Origin: Camelus dromedarius
Lineage: Eukaryota
Assembly (NCBI RefSeq): GCF_036321535.1
Contig: NC_087436.1
Location: forward strand, 39,124,001-39,188,000
DNA length: 64,000 nucleotides
Direction of reading: 5' to 3'
The notes beneath the pieces are model-generated. The model had not been told where the DNA came from. It did no database searches and saw nothing but the letters and a program-made list of their open reading frames with translations. Below are positions 26,000 to 39,169 of the stretch, piece after piece; within the stretch, counting starts at the first letter, position 1; each line of letters begins with the position of its first letter. A program made the position numbers and the translations under genes.

Positions 26000-26330
26000 T
26001 GGTGCTGTGGGAAAGAACACAGTGCTTAGTAACCTTGGATCTAGAACTAGTTCTGCCAGACACTGGTTACATGACCATAAGGGTGTCACTTAACCTATCT
26101 TGGCTCAGTTTCCTCATCTGCAAACTGTGAAATTTAGCTCAGATTAGTAGTTTACAGACTGATAGGTGGGGAGGGTGTGCCTCACTGGCTATCGCCAGGA
26201 CAGAGTCCTTTCCTCCCTCCCTCTTTAAGCAAAGCAAGCTCACTTTGATCCATTTTATAAATCGACATTTGAAAACCACTAGATCAGCTGGTATATACGT
26301 CTTTATTTTCCAGCTATGTTATACTATGAT
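26000..26330 (+). mobile_element. MIR3 with a probable nested MER103-like hAT fragment (about 26145-26280)
   Basis: MIR core 'ctcagtttcctcatctgcaaa', insert ending 'tttgaaaaccact', MIR3-like end 'ttccagctatgttatactatgat'. Confidence 0.55.
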
Positions 26331-27394
26331 CAGGACAGGCTGAATGGTGATGGTGACACTTCTTGGTGAAGTTCTTTTTCTTGTTTTTAATCTTAAGTAA
26401 AATAATATATGGCTCTAAGTCCAAACACTTTCCCATAAAATGAGTCCAATCTGATTCTGGGATGATGACATGTGTGTGGTGGAATTGGGGTGACGAAGGA
26501 TGGACTGTTGATCACTATGATCCCACAGCTCCTGGGGGGCATAGGCCAGGGAAGGAACTAGGTAGAACTTACCAAGCAAACACCAGTTCTAGGTGGTATG
26601 TGCGTAAGTATGGTTATACTCTATCAGGAAAACCATCCAGCCAAAAATGGATGATCACAGTTAACAACTGGTCTGGAAAAAACACGAGGGAGCATAGGCA
26701 GAGTAACAACTTTTTTAGGAAGAAGATATCTATATCTGTATCTCTACTTCATATATATTATATATGTGATATAATAACAACTTTTTCCTTAGGAAGATAT
26801 AAGGTCTGAATGGGCCCCAAAAGGAAAAATACACTGAAAAGAACTGAAAAATCAAGATTTCCAGAAAACAGAGGGAAAGGTTTTACAATACTATACGTGA
26901 CATGTGTTGTTACTAGCAGGAGCTGTCATTAATAAAGGTAATATGATGGTTTTCATCCAGGAAGTTTTCCCTTTAAGTTAGCTTAAAAACAGAATACAGT
27001 ATAAAACATGGACAACTTTATTTCTCAATGACCAAGAGTTTTTTCCGCTCTGTAGTGTTTAACTTGAGATCATGTAAGTGTGGACGAGTGATAGTTGGGC
27101 TTCAGTCTCCTCTCTTGATTTTACCAGGCCAAGGGACTCAGAATCATGAAATATCCACTTGTTCCAGTATGCTGAGTGAGTGCAGAAAAAAATTCTTTTC
27201 CTCTTGGTGCTCTCATATCGCCATCATTTATCATTTATCAAGACCCTGTAATTTATGAAAGTAATTGCTCAAACTGTAGTTCATACTTACATGAATTTCT
27301 GAGATCCAGTTTGTATGCATCTCAATAGATGCCTCTATTGATAACCCATTACTGTGCTGAAAATATAGTACAGATAATGAGAGAATATGCATCC

Positions 27395-28045
27395 AGTGAA
27401 GAAATATTTATTGAGCACATATTATAAGAAAGGCATTGAAGTAAACAATGTGGGAATACAAAGATGGACCAGGCACAGTCCCTGCCCACAAAGTGCATAC
27501 AATCTGGTAAAAAGTGATGTGTGTAAACAACTACAAAATAAGGCAGTAAATAGTGACTACTAGATACATAGCATGGTAATGTGTGCTTAAGACTTAAGGG
27601 TGAGATTTTAGATAATTTGTCCAGGAAAGGGCTTACAGAGTAAACTGATCTTAGTCCGGGCTTTGAAGTGTACATTAAATTCTGCAGGTAGAGATGGGGA
27701 GAGAGAACATGGTAGCCCGGAAATGGCACGGCCAAAGCTCTGGCGTGGGAAAGCACAGCCAGCGCTCAGGGGACAGCTCAGCAGGCAGAGGGTGTGTGCT
27801 GCAGGGGGTGGAGCGGGCGAAGGATGGAGGGGAGAAGAACACAGTTCTGGAGAGGAAGGCTGGAATTATATTGTGCAGACATTTGTATTTGTGCTGAGGG
27901 GAGGGGAAGGGGTGTACAGCCGCAAGCATGGAAGCATTTAAAAGGGAAAGTGACAAGTCCAAAGTTGCCTCTGGAAGACTACCAAGTCAGCCAGGTGTAA
28001 ATGATAAAGGTTTGCGCTAGAGTGATGGCATTGGCAATGGTGTGT
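27395..28045 (-). mobile_element. L2 3' portion
   Basis: 'aaatatttattgagcac...aatacaaagatggaccaggcacagtccctgccc'. Confidence 0.75.
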
Positions 28046-29519
28046 GAACGAGTGTGTGTGTTGGGGGGGTGTTACTGAAAAATGGAATTCAGCTCAAGGT
28101 CACTGCACAGGGTAAAACAATAAGTTATACAAAATGGAAGAGGTTAGAGTCCTACACATAAAAGGTGATAGTCACTTTTCAAGAGATGGGCTAAATGTGT
28201 GTGAGTAATGTCATGAGTAATTAGTAATTAGTATTTGTACCCATAATTAGCCATAAAGTCCTTGTATCATTTTCCAAAGTGAAAAAAAAAATTTAAAAAT
28301 GAAAGCAAAAAATTAATAATCTGGAAGCAGGGAGATGTGGTTGGATATTGACACTCTTACTTTGTAAAAAAGGCTGAGTATTTTTTCATTTCAGCAAGTC
28401 ATTAGAGCAAGTGGAAAACACATTGGAATACAGATATATAGTCCATAAACAGAACAACATATTGTGAATTACCCTGATTATTCATAAGCCAACTGGTGAC
28501 AAGGATGTTGTGTAGCCAAAATTTCCCTGCAAATGGTTTGTAGTGCTTTTCTTGTAAAAAAAAAAAAAAGAGTATTAAACTCAATTCTTTTATATTTTAC
28601 TTCTCTTTTTTATTGTGCTAGGGAAAATATTTTATGTCAGCTGTAACTGGACAACTGAAGAGAATGACTATCTAGAATTACAAAAATTAAAATGGCAACA
28701 AGATGTAGTCATTGAATCATTTCAACAACTGCAGGTTGAATACTCACTATGAAAGCAACTTTGGGCTAAATTTGGGGGGAACCAAGAGAAAGAAGAGACA
28801 GCTCATTCATAGGCTGGAAATTTAGTTGAGCAAAGCTGGCTAAAGCACAAGAGGCAACTAAAAATCAATAAACTGTCATCTTGTAGGCCACTGAAATTAA
28901 TCAAGGATGAGTCCAGAGAATTTAGAAAATTCCCAATCCTCAGATTCCACAATAGCATATAATTTCCCCATAAAATATTCATGCAGCAATGACTTGATGT
29001 CATCAAAGGTATGTCGGACTACAGTGGGGGCTGATTTTCTGGGTTCACTCTCTTGGCCAGTGACCCACTACCTCAAACCAGCTTTACAGAACTCCTAAGT
29101 GAAAGTTACAACTTTGCAAAATTACAAATGGCAATGCCACGAACCTTATGGATACTTGAAAGAAGTCTAAACTGGGATTGTAGTACTATAAGCGATCAAG
29201 TACTAATTAGCAAGATGCCTGTTCAAAAGGAGCTAAAAGAACGGAGACATCCTTGGAACAGAGTTGGCTTCACAGAAAACGTGGGGTGTGTTGGGAATGA
29301 GTCATGTTCAGGATTGACAGAGATAGGAGGAGAGGTGGGGGAAGGGAGGCATCCCAGCATCCAGCCTTCCCTGATTTCTTGCCTCTGCGCCTCTGGGTTC
29401 TTCCCTGCCATCTGTGGAATGGCTGGATCTCAGCCACTAGGGTCAGTCCTTTTCTTGGGCAGGAGGGATTTCAGAAGCTCTGATAGAGGGGCAGCGAGCC
29501 TATCATTAAATGAGAGGCG

Positions 29520-29690
29520 CCAAAGCATGCACTTTATTTAATCATCATATGAAATCTGTAAAATATTTATAATTTCCCCTGTTTTTACGTATAAGAAATC
29601 AAGGCTCAAAAAGTTAAGGGACTTGCGCACAATCATATAGCTAGTGGCAGAAGAATGAAATTCAAGTCCAAAGTCTTTTACTATAGCAGA
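29520..29690 (-). mobile_element. MIR
   Basis: 'gtttttacgtataagaaatcaaggctcaaaaagttaagggacttgcgcacaatcatatagctagtggcag'. Confidence 0.75.
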
Positions 29691-30329
29691 TTCCTTCTGA
29701 GGCTCTGAAACACATATTCTTAGCCTTGTATTTTGCAGGGCATAGGACTAGGTCACTTGATGCTGGCCAGTTTTGCTTGGGTGACCCAGTTTTCACAAGA
29801 TTCTGCTTTGTTCTAGAGAACCAATCTTGTAACTGTCTTCCTACTTGTCTTACTCTTTGTGACTTATGCTGCCCTCAATAAACTGCATGAAAACCCAGCT
29901 CTTCTGAGATGGGAGTCTTTTCTTGCCCTTGTCATACCGCCTCCTCTTCCCAGGATGGAAATCCTGTTTTGGGATTTCGCCCGAATGCTTGGATTCTACT
30001 ACCACCTGTTAGTAGACATCCCAGGTGCTGTCTGTATCCCTACGTTCCTCAGAATGGCTATCTTGGATCCTTCATCTCTGCCTGTCATCCGTACACTAGT
30101 CCATTCCCCACTCTTGAAGTCTGGCTTTTCCTGAGAGGAACTGCTTGCTCAGACTATCCCCAATTTTCTGTTCCCATGTTTGTCCCAGACTCTATTCCAC
30201 TTGTTACACTTGTCTTCCTTCTCGTACTAGTACTGGATAGATTTGGGAATCTATCTCCCAAATTATTTATCATTCCATGTGCAGGTTTTTGTCCAGCTCC
30301 TTTAGTCCTGTAACTGGGCTATGTGTGAC

Positions 30330-30815
30330 CCATAGTGTAAGTACAACAGAACAGTGGTGGGAAAAAGCATAGTGTTTTTTGGAGGTGCAGAGCTTGACCT
30401 AACAAGGGTGGGAGGGTGTGTGAGACAGGTCGTTGAAAGCACAGTGGATTAGTGAGGTGGAACCACATTAAAAGCAGTTTTAAATCCAGTATGAGACACT
30501 TGGATATAACCCAGTAGTGATGAGAAATTATTACTGGAGCAGGATGGACTGGGCAGGAGAAGACTGAAGGCAGGGAAACTAGGAAACCACTAAAGTTGTA
30601 CAAATATGAAGTGATGAGAGCCTAGAATGGAATTTATCTGTAACAACCCATAGTTAGGAGATAAGAGACACAATGGGAAACAAAACTATAGACTCAGTGA
30701 GAGACTGGATTTATAGAGAAGCAGAAATCAAGAATGACGGCAAATTCGTAATTATGGTGGAATCATTGGTAGAAGCAACAAAATCTAGGAAGGGGAATCA
30801 AAATATTGGGGAAAG
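30330..30815 (-). mobile_element. L2 fragment
   Basis: 'agactgaaggcagggaaactaggaaacc...aagtgatgagagcctaga...gaaatcaagaatgac'. Confidence 0.6.
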
Positions 30816-32289
30816 GAGCCTAAAACCCCAGCTCTCTTTCTAACGTGTTTCGGCAATAACATTTGATTATATTTGAATACGTTGTTAGCACGTATTCAAG
30901 CAGAGAGACGTGTTGAAATCAGCTGAATTGCTGAAGTCAGAGTAGAAGGCGAATGAGAGGACAGGGACGAAACATCGATTTGGAACACACGAGGGAGTAG
31001 AGTCATAAATATTGATGAGGGGACTCTATGGGAATTCAGACCTAATCTGGCAAGAGGGTCACACAATCTTCTGGGGCTGGTCCTCGCTGAGCCAGGGCCA
31101 TGACGGGCAGGGGAATTACAGATGGACTGGACTATTCATAAATAACAGAACCTGTAGTACAACTTGGCTTTAAAAAAAAAAAAAAAGCCCACGTCTCTGC
31201 CTCAGCGTGGACTCTCTAGTGCATGAGACTGATGATACAGCACCTGTGCGAGCACCTCCCACCTCATCCCACTGAGGAAAGCTGCCCTGGCTGCTGCCAA
31301 GATACCCTTTGGGCACTAAAATGTATTCTCCCCCAGGAGGTGTTGCAGAATGCCCCTTTTCTTAGATCAAATGTAATAATAATCTGAGTTTAACTCAGCT
31401 GTGTTCAATTTTCCTCTCCACAATGTAGGTCAGGTGACCAAGATAAGCAAGTTGTTGACTGCTTCTAAGTCAGTGTCCTCAGCCGTAGAGTGGGAACGTT
31501 AATACCTGACTTCCCTTTCTGTGAAGAGGAATCTGAAAACACGTCAATATACAATTTATTTTTTTAATATGTCTGAGTGATGGCAGATTGCTTATTTCAG
31601 TGTATGTCAGAGACTAGTGATGGGTGTAGTCAGTATAACTTGTATGTAACTTCAGGACCAAACTAGGCTTCTTTTAGTTCTGATCCTAATTAAAATTCAA
31701 AATTTTGGTTAAAAAAATAAAAGGAAGGAAGAAAAATGTGGCTATTTATGGTGGGTTCTTTTGTGAGGAGGGAATTTTTTGGATACGAACTGGCATTTGC
31801 CCAATAGTATTCTGAGTTCAATAAATAACTCAGCACACATGGATTAAATTTCCAATGAAAAACATGAAGCTTAAAAAGTAAGTGGAAAGTACTTGGCAGG
31901 ACACATGTTTACATTTGATGAAGGGAAATTTTTTGGTGTTGGCCATCCTCACTCATCATAGTAACAGAGATTGCCAGTTATCATTGGCACTGTGCTGTGG
32001 CTTTCCCAAAGAAATTGGAAGCACCCTGGAAGGAAGCGGACCTCTTTGTGAGCGTGGTTGCGTTTGTGTGTGTGTGTGTGTATGTCTGCATGCACACAAA
32101 TGTAGTGCACAGGTATACCTTACAAGTGAATGAATCGTTGAAGATATAAAGACCTCCTATAATATATAAACTAGTTTCTAAAATGCAGGAAAAAATATGA
32201 TAGTTGATGTACTATAATTCTCTTCTTTCAGATACGAGTCTGAATTTTGGCCTCTCCTCATTGTGATAAAATTTTTAGCACAGTAATAA

Positions 32290-32730
32290 GATGAGACCTT
32301 TTAGATGATTTACCCATGATCACATAGCTAATGAATGGTAGAACAGAAATTAAAAATTATGACTGTTTCACTCAATGGTTCAAATATTTTCTACTACATT
32401 TGTTGCCTGCAAAAAAATGGTGTGGATGGAGAGACAAAATGGAAGATGGAGGGGACAGCCAGCTTATGAAGTATATACTTCTGATTCCATGATATTTAAT
32501 TCATTTCTAACATTTGAAGGAAAGGGACTAAAATTAATAAGCACCCACCGTGTGATGAAAAATAAACTTAGCCTCAGAGAGATAGTAGTGGCTTGTCCAA
32601 GGTCACAGAGCTAGTACATGAGACAGCCAGGATTCAAACCCAGAGATGTGTGACTTAAAATGTTAGGCACTGGGCAAAACATTTTCAACTATATTTCTTT
32701 AAACCTGACAACAATCCTAGGAGAGGAATG
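32290..32730 (-). mobile_element. MIR fragments
   Basis: 'tttacccatgatcacatagctaatgaatggtagaac' and 'ggcttgtccaaggtcacagagctagt...ccaggattcaaaccc'. Confidence 0.65.
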
Positions 32731-34366
32731 CTATAAGTGATGGAAAGAAATCAGAATCAAACATGAGACAGATTTGCTAGGCTACCTTATGAGTTACTTC
32801 AGACAAATTAGCTCCTGCATTTTGGGAAAGGGAGGGGGAAAGAAAAAAAAATATATATATATAGTTTTATTTTCCCAAATGGGAAACAAAAGAGGATCAG
32901 ATTTTGCTTGCAGGCTCAGATCTCTTTCTGTATTTATGGTAAATATTCATTCTTCTTTCTTTCCTTCTTTTATGTTCTGATGAGGGTCTCAGTGAGAAGT
33001 TAAAATAATTCTTACATCAGAATTTATGTAGTGATTAAATAGAGTTCTACACGTCAACCTGCAGTGGTGTTCGGGACAATCAGCAGAGCACTATGACGGT
33101 CATAGGGACTGCCCTGTGAGGTCTGCCCTTGTAGAATAATTTGGTGTTGAGGAGACCTTTATTCTCTTCTTCGTTCTTTCTCAAAAGAGGAAACGTCCAT
33201 TTGCCTCACAGGTGGGACAATGTAACACTTCCGGATGTCTCCTGTCACTTCTCCACTGGGAAGAGGAGCTAATTTGATTGGTGAAGAGCCTGAAAGCCAT
33301 TGAGCCATGATTTTTCCAAAGGCTGTGGTCATTGAATTGGAAAGTTAGTGATGGCCAATCCTTTCTCTTACCGTCTTGGACGGGCTGTGCTCATGGGCGG
33401 TGAGCTCACTTGTGCTTCATGGTCCAGGAAGTAATAAGCAAACTTGACCCAGGTACAGTCAGCTCGCTTCTGTTCTTCCTGCCAGCTTTCTGGCCTGTGA
33501 ATGGGTGAGTCAGGAGGCCTACCACCAGAGGCCAATTAACTTTAATCTAATATTATGTTAATTCCCTAAAGGAAGTGCTACTTTAGCCTAACTTAATAAA
33601 TGTTAGTTCCCTAAAAGGAAGAACCATTCTAATTTCAGGTCCAAGTGACATTGTCCCGTCCACCTTTACTGTGGAGTAAAATTAACAATTTCAAGATAAA
33701 AACCTAAAAGGAAAATGGATTGTGTGAGTGCTACTCTAAGCCTTGAACATTTGAGATATGCATTTCAGTCCTCTGCTGCCTTGAAAACACTGGCAAAACA
33801 CAACCATCAGCAGGGACTCGCTCCCTGTTCTTCAGTCAGGAGTTTATTTCACATTTTTCTTTGCTTTCTGCTTAACAGGCACATAATAAATATCTGTTGA
33901 TTGATTAGAGTAAGTTACTAAACAGCAGCTGGTGTTTAAATTAATCATACTTGAGCCAAAACAGCTGGCCTAAGGCACTGAGAAAATCTCAGAAATTAAA
34001 TGTATCCATTTTCACATCAGAGAATAACATGTATTTTAAGATGAAGGGAGCGGAGGAGAGAGGAAAAGGTGCTGACAGGACATCTCACTGGCACTAGAAG
34101 TGCTCAGTCTGAAGGCCACTTCAGCTTTCTGCCACCCCTGAGAGTGCCATGCTAGCAGCTCGGCAGTCCAAAGAGGCAAAGGGTCATTGGGGGTCAAGAC
34201 AAATGAAAGTATTCCATGTACTCTGGAATTTATATTGAAGTTCCTCTGAGGAAAGCAGAAGTAACTTTTTGGACTTGATTGCTTCATTTGTTCATTTATT
34301 GGCAAGGAATTATAAAGCATCTACTGTGTACCAGAACTCTCCTAGGTAGAACAGGGTTTGTTGTTT

Positions 34367-34397
<31 letters not shown>

Positions 34398-36269
34398 GCA
34401 CTTGCAAATGCTTCCAAGATGAAGGGAACCTATGGAAATACTGATGTGGTCATAAGTCAAACCACGTTCTCTAAGCCAACTTTACCAATAATAAAGCTGA
34501 TTTTTTTTTAACCTCAGTCTAACTTTAGTCTAATTCATTCAGAGATTAAAAGGGGGAGATGAAGATAATTCATTATTGCCCCCAGAATTTCACAGTATGT
34601 TCACTGTATGAAAACAATTAATATTATGGAATCTTTTATTAAAATATTCCTTAGTTTAGACTGGCTAGCGCCAACCCAATTTGTGGTAAGTACGGATAGA
34701 CTGTGGTTAGATGTTAAACTTCCTGCCATGTTCCTGTGATGCCACTAGGTGAAGAACCATGTTGACTGTAGGATGGAGGAGACTGAAAAAAGTTGCCCAG
34801 ATAGAAGGATACTCTGCTCCCAAATTGGAGGGTGGAGGTGGCAATGGAGACAGACTGGACTTGGCTAAGATTCTCAAGAAGTTTGGTGTTTCCATTCAGA
34901 GCTCATATAACGGAAAGGCACATCTTACACTATGACCTCATTAACTTAACCCTGAAAAAATGTTCAAGAAAATGTAACTAAATGCCTGCCTTAACCACCA
35001 CAAAATGGAAATCTTTATCAAAAGCATTTAATTTTAACATTGAGCAATAATTTCCTGTGTTTTCCTCATGTGGCATCTGAGGACTTCAGGCAAAGCCCCT
35101 TGAGTATTCCTTGTGTTTTCAAAACACACTCTTAATAACCAAGCAAACTAACTTGCCAAATAGTTTTACTGACTCCTAGCCAGTTAAATAATTGTTAAAT
35201 AAATGAAATCTGTTGATAATTTATAATTCAGGAGTAAAATAGATTTCAGGTAAAATCTTCTGCTTGGTGATTAATGAATACAAATTACAAGTACATCTCC
35301 AGGAAGCCTTATGAATGTCAGTTATTAGCTTTTGCTGTCATTATTAAACAGAACCCTTAGAGAATGGACAGAAATGACATATAATTGTTAATTAAAAGTA
35401 GATGAAGACAAAATTGAAACTATAAAAGCATTTAATCTTTTTCTCATGCTAAGCACCCAATATTTAAATGTAAACAGTAGAACATTCCCACAAGGCAATT
35501 CTATTAAGCTTCACTCTCCTTTTTAAAGAAGCAAGGTTTTCATCTAAGATCAGTTTTATTGCTATTTCTATTAACCGTTCATGTTTTGAGAAATAACTGA
35601 TTTTTTAAAAAACACCCTATAATCAACTTCTAAATAAACAGCTATTTCTACATATTAGTGATCTTGTAGGAAGAACACTCAGAACTAATAAAACCCCAGG
35701 AGTCTTTAGAAAATCCTGACTCACAAGAACATAGTGCTTATTTGGTTTCAGGCCATTGGCTACTTCACTGTTGGGACTTTCTAAGTCAGATAGTGTTACA
35801 TTTGGACGGTGCCAGCAAGCATTAATAATAATGATCATAAATGAAAAGTTGGCCTTCCCCAATCAGATGTAAGACTAGGCTTTCCAAATCCAATGTTCTC
35901 CTTAGAGCAGCAGAGGGCAGTGAAAGCGCTGTTCATCCATCGCATAAACCTTTTATTACAATCTGGAGAAAAACGTTGTATTTCCATACAACTGTGTTTT
36001 CCATTTTAAACACTACATATGTAAGTGGTTTAGAAAGACAATACATTTTTGTGTCTCAGATGCATTTTTGGAGCCATATAGAATGTTTACAAAGTACAAT
36101 GAGGTATCTATATAGCAATTCAGAGACTTGTAGTTCAACTTAATATAAAAGAAAAATGTTTTAGAGGATACTACTACATTGTGACCTTGGTCTACAATTT
36201 ACCTATATGTTGTAGGAGATATTAAAATTGTGGCAACCTATCAGAGACAGAGTGCTATGTTTATATTAG

Positions 36270-36430
36270 CATTGAATTTAAGAGGTGCAAGAGCCCTTGA
36301 GGTCAACTAGAGATCCATGCCCCTCTTTTTAACGGACCTGGAAAAGTTGCTGGATTCTCTCAACTGGATAGAAGCTAAGCTATAATCAGAACAGTGGTCT
36401 CCTCATTCCTCTCATTCTACTGTTTTTAAT
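36270..36430 (-). mobile_element. MIR3-like fragment
   Basis: 'agcccttgaggtcaactagagatccatgcccctctttttaacggacctggaaa'. Confidence 0.5.
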
Positions 36431-38059
36431 TTTGCCACACAGGTCTAGGAATCGTAACTTGGAAAAAGCAGTAGTGTTCAAAATTGCTCCAATCTTGTCT
36501 CTGCAAGTTTCCTTTCAAGAGGTGAGGAGAAAACAAACTCTGTAATATCACACATTTGAAGTTTTTAAAATGTGTCTACCTCTGGCAAATCAATATATAC
36601 TTCATGATCTTCAAAAGTAGTGCCACTCCCTAACCTCAGCCCCAGGACTAAGTAGAAGACACTGCTCTTTCAACCTCAGCAAACCCACACAAACCTGGTC
36701 CCCTTTCCTTCCTGGCATGTTCCAGCACGGTATCATGTTACTAAGCGAGATCAGAATTGGCTGTCTATGCTTTCTTAGCTGTGATCTTCCAAAGCTTGGG
36801 CTTCAAGCTGGAAATTTTCTCACTCACTTTCCCTACTGAATTGGGAATGTCAGCATGAGGGGAAATGGTTAAATGGCAAAGCATTTATATAAGCAGCATC
36901 TCAGTGAAGCCAGGACCCTGCTGTAACAGTTACATCGAAACATTTCGCCTTTGGACTTCGTTGATCTATCTGGATCAGGAGGTCTGCTTGGCATTAGCAA
37001 GCACAAGGGCCGCCAGTGACTTTCTCCTGACCCCAGCGGCACTATCTTCCCTCCCTAAAGAACACAAACTAAGCCTGGGGCTCAAGACTTCTTACTTTCA
37101 TTTTCACTAGTTGCTTTGTTCCCAGCCTACTTGCTTTGATGTAAATCTGTAGTCTTTCAGCAAGTCAAGGGCCAGGCTGAAATCCCAGAGCAAATTCCTC
37201 CAAGGCCAAACAAGGAAATGTTCAACAGTCTTTGGAAACCAATAACCAAGAACATTAGGTTATCTTATTTGGATGTTACATATTTTTCACCAAAATTAGA
37301 TATTTTATGGATTAGCTGTGTATCTTCATTACACCACATTCTCTAACAAAGGTTAAAAGTGCATGGATAGGTCCATGTTTTAAGTAGACTCCACATTTTT
37401 TTAAGGTATAAGGTTTTTCAAAACCAAGTCAAAGGGAATACTGCCATAGAGGCTCTGGTGTTATAAACTTTACTTAAATTGCTGTATAGCTTATGATTTC
37501 TTGAGGAGATGGCTAGTTTAACTAAGGAAATTATACAGAACTATGCCAAAAACATGGGGGGAAACATGGAAACTCTTTGCATAGAAACTAGCAGGTACTG
37601 TTCTATATTCATTTTCCTCAGATGGCAAATGGTCCTCTAGAAAAGACCACGGAAAGTAGGTTCCTCATTGCGCCTTTAGTTAGGTAAGCCAGAAAAGCCA
37701 CAGAGCCTCAGGCCAAGGACCAAGTGGAGCTTTGTTTTCTTGTTTGTGTGCTGAAATGGATTACCACCCAGCAAGGATTAGGTTTGGAAACCTGAAGCCA
37801 GGATTTTCAGAATACTGGCTCTGAGGCAAACCCCAAACAACAAAGGGAAGCTATTTGTTTGGAAAGCCCAGTGTCTGGGAATGTCAGAGCTAAAGGTCAA
37901 TTGTAGAGTTATCAGGAAGCTCAGTGAATATTTTACTAACATGGCTCCTCTGAAAGTTTTTTTTTTTTTTTTTCCCCTGCTTTCAGAGGCAGAGACAGTG
38001 AGGGAAAAGAGAGGGAAAGGTGAGGGAGGGAAAGAAAAGGATATAGCCAGCAAAGAGTG

Positions 38060-38262
38060 GGAGTTGAAGTGGGCTCTAAGTTAAAAACCACTTACTAGTT
38101 CAACCACCTGAGCTTCTGTTTCATGAAACATTAAATGGTAGTAATAATATCCACCTAGGTTACAGGGTTGTTCTAAGAATTCATTGACGTAATCTCTGTG
38201 ACTTAGTGCAGTGTCTGGAACCTGCCAGGTGTACTCAGTAAAGACTAATCACTGTTACTGTT
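38060..38262 (+). mobile_element. MIR
   Basis: 'ctgagcttctgtttcat...aaatggtagtaataatatccacct...agggttgttctaagaatt...gtactcagtaaa'. Confidence 0.7.
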
Positions 38263-38569
38263 AATTAGATGAGAAGGAGGGAAAAGATGTACCCATTGTG
38301 AGGTTCATTTCCTTAAATACTCCCACTTCATTAGTTAATCATTCTGGGCCTTGTGAGGAACCTACTCTTCAAGTACATCTGTGGATTCAGGTCCTGTAAG
38401 AACCTCATCAATTTATTCAACCTTTTGAATTTATAGACTCTATGCAACCTGGGACAGACTGTTTCACCATTTGTTGGGGTTGCACCCTGCCCAAGGAATT
38501 GTTTGGGGGATCTCTCACTTTCCAAGCCCTGTATCCTAGATTTGAGTTGCATCATCCCAGAAGATGTGG

Positions 38570-38571
<2 letters not shown>

Positions 38572-38637
<66 letters not shown>

Positions 38638-38666
38638 TTTGTTTGTTTGTTTGTTTGTTTGTTTTG
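38572..38666. repeat. Compound microsatellite (AT)31 followed by (TTTG)n
   Basis: Directly visible; source of the IYIYIY ORFs. Confidence 0.97.
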
Positions 38667-39169
38667 CATAAATGCTTCACGTGACCTAGCAGCAGCCCTG
38701 GTCTCCAATCCCATATCCCACAGTCCTTTGCAAATCATAAACAAACCCTCCAGCCATACCCTAGCTTCCCTTCTCCAGGAGAGACTGCAGACTAGTTCCC
38801 TCCTTGGGATCTGCCTAAGTGAAGAGGGAGCTGTGCTCCAGGGGCCCAGATTTGGGGGAAGAGAAACCAATTCAAATAAACCTCTCCTATCTGTTGGCTC
38901 CACCCAGAAACTGCAAAGGGGAGAGACTCCGCACTGTCTTCCTCCTAAGAGAGCTCATACCTCAATTCTGCCCGAAAGGTACTGCTTGAGTATTGAGGTA
39001 TGGGAGCTGGAGGAAGAAATGATGGAAATAAACCACACTTTCTGTTTCCCTTTTCATTCCAGCAACCCGAATGGAGAGTGGAGAACTTTACAGCCACTGT
39101 CACTGAGTCCCTCTGTCTGAACTGCCATCCTCTGATCCACCCCGATTAACCCTGCTTGTCCTTTCAGAC

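Noticed and set aside
29053..30313. 162-aa and 134-aa ORFs
   Set aside because: No domain signal, and they partly overlap MIR or LTR-like sequence; treated as chance ORFs.
38331..39120. Longest ORFs (190 aa and 205 aa, opposite strands)
   Set aside because: They run through (AT)31(TTTG)n, giving IYIYIY and NKQT repeats, with no domain or splice context.
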